64,000 bases of DNA, taken from the NCBI RefSeq assembly GCF_002854065.1, contig NZ_CP024147.1, one strand, 5' to 3'. The stretch's first letter is position 1; each line of letters begins with the position of its first letter. Below, one piece after another: positions 1-12,099 of this stretch. The DNA is from Escherichia coli (GTDB lineage: Bacteria > Pseudomonadota > Gammaproteobacteria > Enterobacterales > Enterobacteriaceae). The notes under the pieces were generated by a model. The model saw only the letters and a list, made by a program, of their open reading frames with translations, was not told the origin of the DNA and did not search any database. A program made the translations under genes and the position numbers.

Positions 1-68
1 AGCAAGGTGACGATGAGCAATAACGTACGGGCAAATGAACTTCGTGGCGAGAAGCGCAATCGCCTCAT
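1..68 (-). CDS. envZ: Sensor histidine kinase EnvZ, 5' end only (gene continues beyond window start)
   Basis: Minus-strand reading from 68 gives MRRLRFSPRSSFARTLLLIVTLL, matching the EnvZ N-terminus; ATG overlaps the ompR stop (ATGA). Confidence 0.75.
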   Translation of the reverse strand, partial: MRRLRFSPRSSFARTLLLIVTL

Positions 69-784
69 GCTTTAGAGCCGTCCGGTACAAAGACGTAGCC
101 CAGGCCCCAAACGGTCTGAATGTAACGCGGATGCGCTGGATCTTCTTCCACCATGCGGCGCAGACGCGAAATCTGCACGTCGATGGAGCGTTCCATTGCG
201 GAATATTCACGACCACGGGCAAGGTTCATCAGCTTATCGCGGGAGAGCGGCTCACGCGGATGGCTGACCAGTGCCTTCAGTACCGCAAACTCACCGCTGG
301 TGAGCGGCATCGGCTCGTCTTCGCGGAACATTTCGCGCGTACCGAGGTTAAGTTTGAACTTACCGAAAGCAATTACCGCCTCTTCCTGTGACGGTGCGCC
401 TGGTAGCTCGTTCGCCTGACGACGCAGCACCGCACGGATACGGGCCAGCAGTTCACGCGGGTTAAACGGTTTTGGAATGTAATCGTCAGCGCCAATCTCC
501 AGGCCAACGATACGGTCCACTTCTTCCCCTTTCGCCGTCACCATAATGATCGGCATCGGGTTGCTCTGACTACGAAGACGTCGGCAAATCGACAAGCCAT
601 CTTCACCAGGTAACATCAAATCCAGTACCATAAGATGGAAAGATTCACGAGTCAGCAGGCGATCCATCTGTTCTGCATTAGCGACGCTTCGAACCTGGAA
701 GCCTTGTTCGGTGAGATAACGCTCCAGCAGCGCGCGCAGGCGCATGTCGTCATCGACCACCAGAATCTTGTAGTTCTCTTGCAT
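65..784 (-). CDS. ompR: Osmolarity response regulator OmpR (239 aa)
   Basis: ORF 65..799; MQENYKILVVDDDMRLR... receiver plus winged-helix domain; start trimmed to the MQENYK methionine. Confidence 0.96.
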   Translation of the reverse strand: MQENYKILVVDDDMRLRALLERYLTEQGFQVRSVANAEQMDRLLTRESFHLMVLDLMLPGEDGLSICRRLRSQSNPMPIIMVTAKGEEVDRIVGLEIGADDYIPKPFNPRELLARIRAVLRRQANELPGAPSQEEAVIAFGKFKLNLGTREMFREDEPMPLTSGEFAVLKALVSHPREPLSRDKLMNLARGREYSAMERSIDVQISRLRRMVEEDPAHPRYIQTVWGLGYVFVPDGSKA

Positions 785-1011
785 TGTTTGTACTCCCAAA
801 GGTTCGCAACAATTTGTAAGCGTGTATTCTTAAAAAAGCTCACGTTCGTCACCAGCTAAATCTGGTATGAATTTCAGCCTAAATTGTTACAAAGCATATT
901 AAACAGCAGCTTAAGTATACAATTTATTCGGCGAAACATTATTGATTCTGTTGATATGATCACGTTATACCCAATGTGCGCATTATCAAACAGACAAAGG
1001 GAATCAACGAG

Positions 1012-1488
1012 ATGAAAACGCCCCTGGTTACCCGGGAAGGGTATGAAAAACTCAAACAAGAGCTAAATTATCTCTGGCGTGAAGAACGCCCGGAGGTCAC
1101 AAAAAAGGTGACCTGGGCCGCAAGTCTGGGCGACCGCAGCGAAAATGCTGACTATCAGTATAATAAAAAGCGTCTGCGTGAAATCGACCGTCGCGTGCGC
1201 TATCTCACTAAATGCATGGAAAATCTCAAAATCGTCGATTACTCCCCTCAGCAGGAAGGCAAAGTCTTTTTTGGCGCGTGGGTGGAGATTGAAAACGACG
1301 ATGGCGTGACTCACCGTTTCCGTATTGTCGGCTACGATGAAATTTTTGGCCGTAAAGATTACATCTCTATCGATTCCCCGATGGCCCGCGCATTGCTGAA
1401 AAAAGAAGTCGGCGATCTGGCTGTGGTGAATACTCCTGCCGGGGAAGCGAGCTGGTATGTTAATGCTATCGAGTACGTGAAACCGTAA
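1012..1488 (+). CDS. greB: Transcript cleavage factor GreB (158 aa)
   Basis: ORF 976..1488 contains MKTPLVTREGYEKLKQELNYLW...; start placed at the MKTPLV methionine. Confidence 0.95.
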   Translation: MKTPLVTREGYEKLKQELNYLWREERPEVTKKVTWAASLGDRSENADYQYNKKRLREIDRRVRYLTKCMENLKIVDYSPQQEGKVFFGAWVEIENDDGVTHRFRIVGYDEIFGRKDYISIDSPMARALLKKEVGDLAVVNTPAGEASWYVNAIEYVKP

Positions 1489-1584
1489 GGAAGAGTCTTA
1501 ACCTCCTGCCGATGGCTGGCATTTTTGCCAGCCAGTCCGTATAACTATCCCCTGATTTTTGATCCGAAAAGATGAACTCAAACC

Positions 1585-3906
1585 ATGATGAATGATTCGT
1601 TCTGCCGCATTATTGCGGGTGAAATTCAGGCGCGCCCGGAACAGGTTGACGCTGCCGTTCGCCTGCTTGACGAAGGGAATACCGTGCCGTTTATCGCACG
1701 TTATCGTAAGGAAATCACCGGCGGTCTGGATGACACGCAGCTGCGTAATCTGGAAACGCGTCTGAGCTATCTGCGCGAGCTGGAAGAGAGACGTCAGGCG
1801 ATCCTCAAGTCCATTTCCGAGCAAGGCAAACTCACCGATGATCTGGCGAATGCCATCAACGCCACCCTAAGCAAAACCGAACTCGAAGACCTCTACCTGC
1901 CCTACAAACCTAAACGCCGCACCCGCGGGCAAATCGCCATTGAAGCAGGGCTTGAGCCGTTGGCTAACCTGCTGTGGAGCGATCCGTCACACACGCCAGA
2001 AGTCGCCGCTGCGCAATATATTGATGCCGATAAAGGCGTGGCAGATACCAAAGCCGCGCTGGACGGCGCGCGCTATATCCTGATGGAACGGTTTGCCGAA
2101 GATGCCGCGCTGCTGGCGAAAGTGCGTGATTATCTGTGGAAGAACGCGCATTTGGTTTCTACGGTGGTGAGCGGTAAAGAAGAGGAAGGGGCGAAATTCC
2201 GCGACTATTTCGATCATCACGAACCGTTGTCCACGGTGCCTTCTCACCGCGCGCTGGCGATGTTCCGTGGGCGTAACGAAGGCGTACTTCAGCTTTCGCT
2301 GAATGCCGATCCACAGTTCGATGAGCCGCCGAAAGAGAGCTATTGCGAGCAAATCATCATGGATCACCTTGGCCTGCGCCTGAACAATGCCCCGGCGGAT
2401 AGCTGGCGCAAAGGCGTGGTGAGCTGGACGTGGCGCATCAAGGTGCTGATGCATCTGGAAACCGAACTGATGGGCACCGTGCGCGAACGTGCGGAAGATG
2501 AAGCAATCAACGTCTTTGCCCGTAACCTGCACGATCTGCTGATGGCGGCCCCTGCCGGACTGCGTGCAACGATGGGCCTCGATCCGGGTCTGCGTACTGG
2601 GGTAAAAGTGGCGGTGGTCGATGCCACTGGCAAACTGGTAGCGACCGATACCATTTACCCGCACACCGGACAAGCCGCAAAAGCAGCGATGACTGTTGCT
2701 GCGCTGTGTGAAAAGCATAACGTTGAACTGGTGGCGATCGGCAACGGTACAGCTTCCCGCGAAACCGAACGTTTCTATCTCGACGTGCAGAAGCAGTTCC
2801 CGAAAGTGACCGCACAGAAAGTGATCGTCAGCGAAGCTGGCGCGTCGGTTTACTCGGCTTCCGAGCTGGCAGCGCAGGAGTTCCCGGATCTCGACGTTTC
2901 GCTGCGTGGCGCGGTTTCTATCGCCCGCCGTTTGCAGGATCCGCTGGCGGAGCTGGTGAAAATCGATCCGAAATCTATCGGCGTAGGTCAGTATCAGCAT
3001 GACGTTAGCCAGACGCAACTGGCCCGCAAACTGGACGCAGTAGTAGAAGACTGCGTAAACGCCGTTGGCGTCGATCTCAACACTGCTTCTGTTCCGCTGT
3101 TAACCCGCGTGGCGGGCCTGACGCGCATGATGGCGCAAAACATCGTAGCCTGGCGCGATGAGAACGGCCAGTTCCAGAACCGTCAGCAACTGTTAAAAGT
3201 GAGCCGTCTGGGGCCGAAAGCCTTCGAGCAGTGCGCGGGCTTCCTGCGCATTAACCACGGTGATAACCCGCTGGACGCCTCTACCGTTCACCCGGAAGCC
3301 TATCCGGTGGTGGAACGCATTCTGGCAGCAACACAGCAGGCACTGAAAGATCTGATGGGTAACAGCAGCGAACTGCGTAACCTGAAAGCGTCTGACTTTA
3401 CTGATGAAAAATTCGGTGTGCCGACAGTAACTGACATCATCAAAGAGCTGGAAAAACCGGGTCGCGATCCGCGTCCGGAATTTAAAACCGCTCAGTTTGC
3501 CGATGGCGTCGAGACAATGAACGACCTGCAACCGGGTATGATCCTCGAAGGCGCTGTCACCAACGTCACCAACTTTGGCGCGTTTGTCGATATCGGCGTG
3601 CATCAGGACGGCCTGGTTCACATCTCTTCATTGTCGAACAAGTTTGTGGAAGATCCGCATACCGTGGTGAAAGCGGGCGACATTGTGAAGGTGAAAGTGC
3701 TGGAAGTGGATCTTCAGCGTAAACGTATCGCCCTGACTATGCGTCTGGACGAGCAGCCTGGCGAAACCAACGCTCGTCGCGGCGGCGGTAACGATCGCCC
3801 GCAAAACAACCGCCCGGCAGCCAAACCACGCGGTCGTGAAGCGCAGCCTGCCGGTAACAGCGCGATGATGGACGCGCTGGCGGCAGCAATGGGCAAAAAA
3901 CGTTAA
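1585..3906 (+). CDS. tex: Transcription accessory protein Tex/YhgF (773 aa), S1 domain at C-terminus
   Basis: 773-aa ORF with YqgF/HhH region and C-terminal S1 motif ([26 protein letters not shown]). Confidence 0.95.
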   Translation: MMNDSFCRIIAGEIQARPEQVDAAVRLLDEGNTVPFIARYRKEITGGLDDTQLRNLETRLSYLRELEERRQAILKSISEQGKLTDDLANAINATLSKTELEDLYLPYKPKRRTRGQIAIEAGLEPLANLLWSDPSHTPEVAAAQYIDADKGVADTKAALDGARYILMERFAEDAALLAKVRDYLWKNAHLVSTVVSGKEEEGAKFRDYFDHHEPLSTVPSHRALAMFRGRNEGVLQLSLNADPQFDEPPKESYCEQIIMDHLGLRLNNAPADSWRKGVVSWTWRIKVLMHLETELMGTVRERAEDEAINVFARNLHDLLMAAPAGLRATMGLDPGLRTGVKVAVVDATGKLVATDTIYPHTGQAAKAAMTVAALCEKHNVELVAIGNGTASRETERFYLDVQKQFPKVTAQKVIVSEAGASVYSASELAAQEFPDLDVSLRGAVSIARRLQDPLAELVKIDPKSIGVGQYQHDVSQTQLARKLDAVVEDCVNAVGVDLNTASVPLLTRVAGLTRMMAQNIVAWRDENGQFQNRQQLLKVSRLGPKAFEQCAGFLRINHGDNPLDASTVHPEAYPVVERILAATQQALKDLMGNSSELRNLKASDFTDEKFGVPTVTDIIKELEKPGRDPRPEFKTAQFADGVETMNDLQPGMILEGAVTNVTNFGAFVDIGVHQDGLVHISSLSNKFVEDPHTVVKAGDIVKVKVLEVDLQRKRIALTMRLDEQPGETNARRGGGNDRPQNNRPAAKPRGREAQPAGNSAMMDALAAAMGKKR

Positions 3907-3987
3907 ACGCCCGGACTGGCCCCTAAACCTGCGCGATAAGGCGTTCACGCCGCATCTGGCAACGAACGCCTTGCCTGACATAAAAGT

Positions 3988-4015
3988 GCCGGAGAATATC
4001 TCCGGCATATTTATT
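3988..4015 (+). terminator. Candidate intrinsic terminator downstream of tex
   Basis: Hairpin GCCGGAG-aatat-CTCCGGC followed by ATATTTATT; a REP-like sequence (gcgataaggcgttcacgccgcatctggc) lies just upstream at about 3937..3965. Confidence 0.4.
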
Positions 4016-4204
4016 CCACAGCCAAACTCACAATATATTTCGTTAATATTTATCACTTCATTAACAACTGAAACCTTAATTAAACATTAGCCAGTCCTGG
4101 TAATTCGCTATTCGAATTATATTTTCGCTGCGATATAACCTTGAGCCACATCAACATTGAGTCAGATTATTATTCAAACCAACATTCGCACACATTTTAA
4201 GTAT

Positions 4205-4240
4205 TGCTGATAGAAACCATTCTCATTATCATTGTACTGT
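4205..4240 (+). promoter_or_regulatory. Fur-box-like sequence in the feoA upstream region
   Basis: tgctgatagaaaccattctcattatcattg contains a CATTATCATT core resembling the Fur consensus GATAATGATAATCATTATC; AT-rich region about 100 bp upstream of feoA. Confidence 0.35.
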
Positions 4241-4343
4241 TGATTATTTAATCTCTCCTTCGTTGGCAAATCATCTGGTCTCATGTCGCTGTCAAACGCC
4301 CCATGAGGTAGTTATCCAGTTAATGAGAAACAAGTAGGCACCT

Positions 4344-4571
4344 ATGCAATACACTCCAGATACTGCGTGGAAAATCACTGGCTTTTCCCGTGAAATCAGC
4401 CCGGCATATCGCCAAAAACTGCTTTCTCTTGGCATGTTACCTGGCTCCTCTTTTAATGTGGTGCGCGTCGCTCCACTCGGCGACCCCATTCATATCGAAA
4501 CCCGTCGTGTGAGCCTGGTATTACGCAAAAAAGATCTGGCCTTATTAGAAGTGGAAGCGGTTTCCTGTTAA
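4344..4571 (+). CDS. feoA: Ferrous iron transport protein FeoA (75 aa)
   Basis: [78 protein letters not shown]. Confidence 0.96.
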   Translation: MQYTPDTAWKITGFSREISPAYRQKLLSLGMLPGSSFNVVRVAPLGDPIHIETRRVSLVLRKKDLALLEVEAVSC

Positions 4572-4587
4572 TACGGTGATAACAACA

Positions 4588-6909
4588 ATGAAAAAATTAA
4601 CCATAGGCTTAATTGGTAATCCAAATTCTGGCAAGACAACCTTATTTAACCAGCTCACTGGCGCACGTCAGCGTGTAGGTAACTGGGCTGGCGTTACCGT
4701 CGAACGTAAAGAAGGGCAATTCTCCACCACCGATCATCAGGTCACGCTGGTGGACCTGCCCGGCACCTATTCTCTGACCACCATCTCATCGCAGACCTCG
4801 CTCGATGAGCAAATCGCCTGTCACTACATTTTGAGTGGCGACGCCGACCTGCTGATTAACGTGGTGGATGCGTCTAACCTTGAGCGTAACCTGTACCTGA
4901 CGCTACAACTGCTGGAACTCGGCATTCCCTGCATCGTGGCACTGAACATGCTCGACATTGCCGAGAAGCAAAATATTCGTATTGAAATTGATGCTCTGTC
5001 GGCGCGTCTTGGCTGCCCGGTGATCCCGCTGGTTTCAACCCGTGGTCGCGGTATTGAAGCGCTCAAGCTGGCGATTGATCGCTATAAAGCTAACGAGAAT
5101 GTGGAACTGGTGCATTACGCACAGCCGCTGCTCAACGAAGCAGATTCACTGGCAAAAGTGATGCCTTCCGACATCCCGCTGAAACAACGTCGCTGGCTGG
5201 GCCTGCAAATGCTGGAAGGCGATATCTACAGCCGCGCCTACGCCGGTGAAGCGTCGCAGCATCTTGATGCCGCCCTCGCCCGTCTGCGTAATGAGATGGA
5301 CGATCCGGCGCTGCACATTGCCGATGCGCGTTACCAGTGCATTGCTGCCATCTGTGATGTGGTAAGCAACACCCTGACGGCAGAACCCAGCCGTTTCACC
5401 ACTGCGGTAGATAAAATCGTGCTCAACCGTTTCCTCGGTCTGCCGATTTTCCTCTTTGTGATGTACCTGATGTTCCTGCTGGCTATCAACATCGGCGGGG
5501 CGTTACAGCCGCTGTTTGACGTCGGCTCCGTGGCGCTATTTGTGCATGGTATTCAATGGATTGGCTACACGCTCCACTTCCCGGACTGGCTGACTATCTT
5601 CCTCGCCCAGGGCTTGGGTGGCGGTATTAACACCGTGCTGCCACTGGTGCCGCAGATCGGCATGATGTACCTGTTCCTCTCCTTCCTTGAGGACTCCGGC
5701 TATATGGCGCGTGCAGCGTTTGTGATGGACCGCCTGATGCAGGCGCTGGGCTTGCCGGGGAAATCCTTTGTGCCGCTGATCGTCGGTTTCGGTTGTAACG
5801 TACCGTCGGTAATGGGTGCACGTACACTTGATGCACCGCGTGAACGTCTGATGACCATCATGATGGCACCGTTTATGTCCTGCGGCGCGCGTCTGGCTAT
5901 CTTCGCAGTATTCGCGGCTGCCTTCTTCGGGCAGAACGGTGCGCTGGCGGTCTTCTCGCTGTATATGCTCGGTATCGTGATGGCGGTGCTGACTGGCCTG
6001 ATGCTCAAGTACACCATCATGCGCGGTGAAGCGACGCCGTTTGTCATGGAGCTGCCGGTCTACCATGTACCACACGTTAAAAGCCTGATTATCCAGACCT
6101 GGCAGCGTCTGAAAGGCTTCGTTCTGCGTGCTGGTAAAGTGATTATCATCGTCAGCATTTTCCTGAGCGCTTTCAACAGCTTCTCGTTGAGCGGGAAAAT
6201 CGTCGATAACATCAACGACTCGGCGCTGGCTTCCGTCAGCCGGGTGATCACCCCGGTCTTCAAGCCGATTGGCGTGCATGAAGATAACTGGCAGGCAACA
6301 GTTGGCCTGTTTACGGGTGCAATGGCGAAAGAAGTGGTGGTGGGTACGCTCAACACCCTCTACACCGCAGAAAATATTCAGGACGAAGAGTTCAATCCGG
6401 CGGAATTTAACCTCGGTGAAGAGTTGTTCAGCGCGGTAGATGAAACCTGGCAGAGCCTGAAGGACACCTTCAGCCTTAGCGTACTGATGAACCCCATTGA
6501 AGCTAGCAAAGGCGACGGCGAAATGGGTACCGGGGCGATGGGCGTGATGGATCAGAAATTCGGTAGCGCAGCTGCCGCATACAGCTACCTGATTTTCGTC
6601 CTGCTGTATGTACCGTGCATCTCGGTGATGGGAGCCATCGCCCGTGAATCAAGCCGTGGCTGGATGGGCTTCTCCATCCTGTGGGGGCTGAATATCGCTT
6701 ACTCACTGGCAACATTGTTCTATCAGATCGCCAGCTACAGTCAGCACCCAACTTACAGCCTGGTGTGCATTCTGGCGGTTATCCTGTTTAACATCGTGGT
6801 TATCGGTCTGCTGCGCCGCGCGCGTAGCCGGGTGGATATCGAACTGCTGGCAACCCGTAAGTCGGTAAGCAGTTGCTGCGCAGCCAGCACCACCGGTGAT
6901 TGCCATTAA
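4588..6909 (+). CDS. feoB: Ferrous iron transporter FeoB (773 aa), N-terminal G-domain plus polytopic membrane domain
   Basis: ORF 4576..6909; start set at [21 protein letters not shown] (G1 P-loop motif). Confidence 0.96.
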   Translation: MKKLTIGLIGNPNSGKTTLFNQLTGARQRVGNWAGVTVERKEGQFSTTDHQVTLVDLPGTYSLTTISSQTSLDEQIACHYILSGDADLLINVVDASNLERNLYLTLQLLELGIPCIVALNMLDIAEKQNIRIEIDALSARLGCPVIPLVSTRGRGIEALKLAIDRYKANENVELVHYAQPLLNEADSLAKVMPSDIPLKQRRWLGLQMLEGDIYSRAYAGEASQHLDAALARLRNEMDDPALHIADARYQCIAAICDVVSNTLTAEPSRFTTAVDKIVLNRFLGLPIFLFVMYLMFLLAINIGGALQPLFDVGSVALFVHGIQWIGYTLHFPDWLTIFLAQGLGGGINTVLPLVPQIGMMYLFLSFLEDSGYMARAAFVMDRLMQALGLPGKSFVPLIVGFGCNVPSVMGARTLDAPRERLMTIMMAPFMSCGARLAIFAVFAAAFFGQNGALAVFSLYMLGIVMAVLTGLMLKYTIMRGEATPFVMELPVYHVPHVKSLIIQTWQRLKGFVLRAGKVIIIVSIFLSAFNSFSLSGKIVDNINDSALASVSRVITPVFKPIGVHEDNWQATVGLFTGAMAKEVVVGTLNTLYTAENIQDEEFNPAEFNLGEELFSAVDETWQSLKDTFSLSVLMNPIEASKGDGEMGTGAMGVMDQKFGSAAAAYSYLIFVLLYVPCISVMGAIARESSRGWMGFSILWGLNIAYSLATLFYQIASYSQHPTYSLVCILAVILFNIVVIGLLRRARSRVDIELLATRKSVSSCCAASTTGDCH

Positions 6910-7145
6910 TGGCTTCACTTATTCAGGTGCGTGATTTGCTGGCGTTACGGGGCCGTATGGAAGCGGCCCAGATAAGCCAGACATTGAACACTCCACAGCC
7001 AATGATTAACGCCATGCTGCAACAACTGGAAAGTATGGGCAAAGCCGTGCGGATTCAGGAAGAACCTGACGGCTGCCTCTCCGGCAGTTGTAAAAGCTGC
7101 CCGGAAGGAAAAGCCTGTCTGCGCGAGTGGTGGGCGCTGCGTTAA
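6909..7145 (+). CDS. feoC: FeoC (YhgG), winged-helix Fe-S protein (78 aa)
   Basis: [27 protein letters not shown]...[15 protein letters not shown]; its ATG at 6909 overlaps the feoB TAA stop by 1 nt. Confidence 0.93.
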   Translation: MASLIQVRDLLALRGRMEAAQISQTLNTPQPMINAMLQQLESMGKAVRIQEEPDGCLSGSCKSCPEGKACLREWWALR

Positions 7146-7166
7146 CCATACTCCATCGCCTGTTTT

Positions 7167-7202
7167 GAAAAGCCCGGTATGCGTTTGCATCCGGGCTTTT
7201 TT
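7167..7202 (+). terminator. Rho-independent terminator of feoABC
   Basis: AAAAGCCCGG-tatgcgtttgcat-CCGGGCTTTT followed by a T-run. Confidence 0.8.
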
Positions 7203-7347
7203 GCGTGCGGCTTTCCATAAAAATGCAATTCTTGCAGCGCGACGTAAGTTCCTCTGAAAGCGTCTCGCAGGGATGAAAACTCGCTAATGCACAGGTGTGG
7301 AGTGGCGCATAGAGTCGCGGCATTCAAACAACAGGTGAAGGAGCGCC

Positions 7348-8226
7348 ATGAGCAAAAAGCAGAGTTCCACCCCACACGATGCGCTGTTCAAACTCTTTTT
7401 ACGCCAACCGGAGACGGCACGCGATTTTCTTGCGTTTCATTTACCGGCACCCATTCACGCGCTCTGTGATATGAAAACCCTCAAGCTGGAGTCGAGCAGC
7501 TTTATTGATGACGATCTGCGTGAAAGCTATTCCGACGTGCTGTGGTCGGTGAAAACGGAACAAGGACCAGGATACATCTATTGTCTGATTGAACATCAAA
7601 GCACCTCAAACAAACTGATCGCATTCCGCATGATGCGTTACGCCATTGCCGCAATGCAAAATCACCTTGATGCCGGATACAAAACGTTGCCGATGGTGGT
7701 GCCATTGTTGTTTTATCACGGTATTGAAAGCCCCTATCCCTATTCGCTGTGTTGGCTGGATTGTTTCGCCGATCCCAACCTGGCAAGGCAGCTCTATGCC
7801 TCTGCATTTCCGCTGATTGATATCACCGTCATGCCTGATGATGAAATCATGCAGCACCGACGCATGGCGCTGCTGGAGTTAATTCAAAAACATATTCGTC
7901 AACGCGACCTGATGGGGCTGGTAGAACAAATGGCCTGCTTATTAAGTAGTGGATACGCTAATGACAGACAAATCAAAGGGCTGTTTAATTACATACTGCA
8001 AACCGGCGATGCGGTACGTTTTAACAATTTTATCGACGGCGTTGCCGAACGATCACCGAAACACAAGGAGAGTTTAATGACTATTGCGGAAAGATTGCGG
8101 CAGGAGGGGGAACAATCCAAAGCCCTGCATATAGCCAAAATAATGCTTGAATCCGGAGTTCCTCTTGCAGACATCATGCGCTTTACCGGGCTGTCAGAAG
8201 AAGAGTTGGCTGCGGCGAGTCAGTAA
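7348..8226 (+). CDS. rpnA: Rpn-family recombination-promoting nuclease (YhgA/RpnA, 292 aa)
   Basis: 292-aa [36 protein letters not shown]..., transposase_31-like fold recognised by sequence. Confidence 0.9.
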   Translation: MSKKQSSTPHDALFKLFLRQPETARDFLAFHLPAPIHALCDMKTLKLESSSFIDDDLRESYSDVLWSVKTEQGPGYIYCLIEHQSTSNKLIAFRMMRYAIAAMQNHLDAGYKTLPMVVPLLFYHGIESPYPYSLCWLDCFADPNLARQLYASAFPLIDITVMPDDEIMQHRRMALLELIQKHIRQRDLMGLVEQMACLLSSGYANDRQIKGLFNYILQTGDAVRFNNFIDGVAERSPKHKESLMTIAERLRQEGEQSKALHIAKIMLESGVPLADIMRFTGLSEEELAAASQ

Positions 8227-8252
8227 AGTTCTGTCTCGCCATTCAAAAGTGC

Positions 8253-9744
<1,492 letters not shown>

Positions 9745-9802
9745 AGCCTCGATGATGGGCGTATTATAACCAACTAAAATAGTCAACTATTAGGCCATTA
9801 CT

Positions 9803-10378
9803 ATGATCCGTATTTCCGATGCTGCACAAGCGCACTTTGCCAAACTGCTGGCAAACCAGGAAGAAGGGACACAAATCCGCGTATTTGTGATTAACCCTGG
9901 CACGCCTAACGCTGAATGTGGTGTTTCTTATTGTCCGCCGGATGCCGTGGAAGCCACTGACACTGCCCTGAAATTTGACCTGCTGACCGCGTATGTTGAT
10001 GAGTTAAGCGCTCCTTACCTGGAAGATGCAGAGATCGATTTTGTTACCGACCAGTTGGGTTCTCAGCTAACACTGAAAGCGCCTAACGCCAAAATGCGTA
10101 AAGTGGCAGATGATGCACCACTGATGGAGCGCGTGGAGTATATGCTGCAGTCGCAGATCAACCCACAGCTTGCTGGTCACGGTGGTCGCGTTTCACTGAT
10201 GGAAATCACCGAAGACGGTTACGCCATTCTGCAATTTGGCGGCGGCTGTAACGGTTGTTCCATGGTCGATGTGACGCTGAAAGAAGGGATCGAGAAGCAG
10301 CTACTAAACGAATTCCCGGAGCTGAAAGGTGTGCGCGATCTCACCGAACACCAGCGCGGCGAACACTCCTACTACTAA
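9803..10378 (+). CDS. nfuA: Fe-S cluster carrier protein NfuA (191 aa)
   Basis: [29 protein letters not shown]...; C-terminal CXXC (GGGCNGCSM). Confidence 0.95.
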
Positions 10379-10436
<58 letters not shown>

Positions 10437-10562
10437 GTTGAACATGTGCCAGACGTTGGCGCAGCATTGCTTTGGCAAATCCCTCCCTTCGTTTCCCCGC
10501 GATAATATGACCAACCTCTCATAATTTAAATTTACCCCGCTCTGGTGATTCTCAAACGCCAG

Positions 10563-10584
10563 ATGTTACCCGTATCATTCACAT
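10563..10584 (+). promoter_or_regulatory. Putative GntR operator in the gntT promoter region
   Basis: ATGTTACCCGTATCATTCACAT shares the ATGTTAC half-site with the palindrome upstream of gntK. Confidence 0.3.
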
Positions 10585-10738
10585 GAGTACCAAACATACC
10601 CCTGACATCTGACTACAATAATTAGTTTTAGTGGGTATCAGTCGTGGTGCCGCAATATCTCTGTTCCCGATTGGGATAATTAGAGTTTGTCGTCAGAAAA
10701 TTGACGTTACCCATAACAAATGAAAGGCCAGGTAAATC

Positions 10739-12055
10739 ATGCCATTAGTCATTGTTGCTATCGGTGTAATCTTGTTGTTGCTCCTGATGATCCGCTTCAA
10801 AATGAACGGCTTCATCGCTCTCGTCCTCGTGGCGCTTGCTGTTGGATTAATGCAAGGAATGCCGCTGGATAAAGTTATTGGCTCCATCAAAGCCGGTGTC
10901 GGCGGGACGCTCGGTAGCCTTGCCCTGATCATGGGTTTTGGCGCAATGCTGGGCAAAATGCTGGCAGACTGCGGTGGCGCACAACGTATCGCCACCACGC
11001 TGATTGCCAAATTTGGTAAAAAACACATCCAGTGGGCGGTGGTACTGACCGGTTTTACCGTTGGTTTTGCCCTGTTCTATGAAGTGGGCTTTGTGCTGAT
11101 GCTGCCGCTGGTGTTTACCATCGCGGCTTCTGCGAATATTCCACTGCTGTATGTTGGTGTACCAATGGCAGCTGCACTGTCTGTGACCCACGGCTTCCTG
11201 CCACCGCATCCGGGTCCGACTGCGATTGCCACCATTTTCAATGCCGATATGGGTAAAACCCTGCTGTACGGTACTATTCTGGCAATCCCGACCGTGATTC
11301 TCGCCGGTCCGGTTTACGCTCGCGTGTTGAAAGGTATCGATAAGCCGATCCCGGAAGGTCTGTACAGCGCGAAAACCTTCAGCGAAGAAGAGATGCCGAG
11401 CTTTGGCGTCAGCGTCTGGACCTCTCTGGTGCCGGTAGTGCTGATGGCGATGCGTGCGATTGCCGAAATGATCCTGCCGAAAGGTCACGCTTTCCTGCCG
11501 GTAGCGGAGTTCCTCGGTGACCCGGTAATGGCTACGCTGATTGCCGTGCTGATTGCGATGTTCACCTTTGGCCTGAACCGTGGTCGTTCAATGGATCAGA
11601 TTAACGACACGCTGGTTTCTTCCATCAAAATCATTGCGATGATGCTGTTGATCATCGGTGGTGGCGGTGCGTTCAAGCAGGTGCTGGTAGACAGCGGCGT
11701 GGACAAATACATTGCTTCCATGATGCACGAAACCAACATTTCTCCGCTGCTGATGGCCTGGTCGATTGCTGCCGTACTGCGTATCGCGCTGGGTTCCGCA
11801 ACCGTTGCGGCAATCACTGCGGGTGGTATCGCGGCACCGCTGATTGCAACGACGGGTGTTAGCCCGGAGCTAATGGTTATTGCGGTGGGTTCCGGTAGTG
11901 TGATTTTCTCTCACGTGAACGATCCAGGCTTCTGGCTGTTCAAAGAGTACTTTAACTTGACTATCGGCGAGACCATCAAGTCCTGGTCGATGCTGGAAAC
12001 CATTATCTCGGTGTGCGGTCTGGTAGGCTGTCTGCTGCTGAATATGGTGATTTGA
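10739..12055 (+). CDS. gntT: High-affinity gluconate transporter GntT (438 aa)
   Basis: 438-aa polytopic ORF MPLVIVAIGVILLLLLMIRFKMNGF..., GntP family. Confidence 0.95.
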   Translation: MPLVIVAIGVILLLLLMIRFKMNGFIALVLVALAVGLMQGMPLDKVIGSIKAGVGGTLGSLALIMGFGAMLGKMLADCGGAQRIATTLIAKFGKKHIQWAVVLTGFTVGFALFYEVGFVLMLPLVFTIAASANIPLLYVGVPMAAALSVTHGFLPPHPGPTAIATIFNADMGKTLLYGTILAIPTVILAGPVYARVLKGIDKPIPEGLYSAKTFSEEEMPSFGVSVWTSLVPVVLMAMRAIAEMILPKGHAFLPVAEFLGDPVMATLIAVLIAMFTFGLNRGRSMDQINDTLVSSIKIIAMMLLIIGGGGAFKQVLVDSGVDKYIASMMHETNISPLLMAWSIAAVLRIALGSATVAAITAGGIAAPLIATTGVSPELMVIAVGSGSVIFSHVNDPGFWLFKEYFNLTIGETIKSWSMLETIISVCGLVGCLLLNMVI

Positions 12056-12067
12056 TAACACTGACTG

Positions 12068-12088
12068 CCGGATGCATCGCATCCGGCA
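12068..12088. terminator. Hairpin between convergent gntT and malQ (possible bidirectional terminator)
   Basis: GCCGGATGC-atc-GCATCCGGC perfect 9-bp stem; no strong T-run. Confidence 0.35.
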
Positions 12089-12099
12089 TCAACCGCACT

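Noticed and set aside
1987-3018. Long ORFs antisense to core genes (343 aa here inside tex; also 13912..15174 inside malQ/malP, 15550..16212 inside malP, 5536..6279 inside feoB, 21351..22034 inside rtcA/rtcB, 31911..32942 and 33045..33494 inside glgP, 39795..40451 inside glgB, 51409..51867 inside yhhX)
   Set aside because: Each lies entirely within a well-supported gene on the other strand, has an Arg/His/Gln-rich low-complexity composition typical of antisense frames in GC-rich coding DNA, and has no recognisable domain or ribosome-binding site.
7348-8226. rpnA (yhgA) as a mobile element or transposase
   Set aside because: Rpn proteins are transposase_31-like nucleases, but this is a single conserved chromosomal gene with no inverted repeats or IS structure around it.
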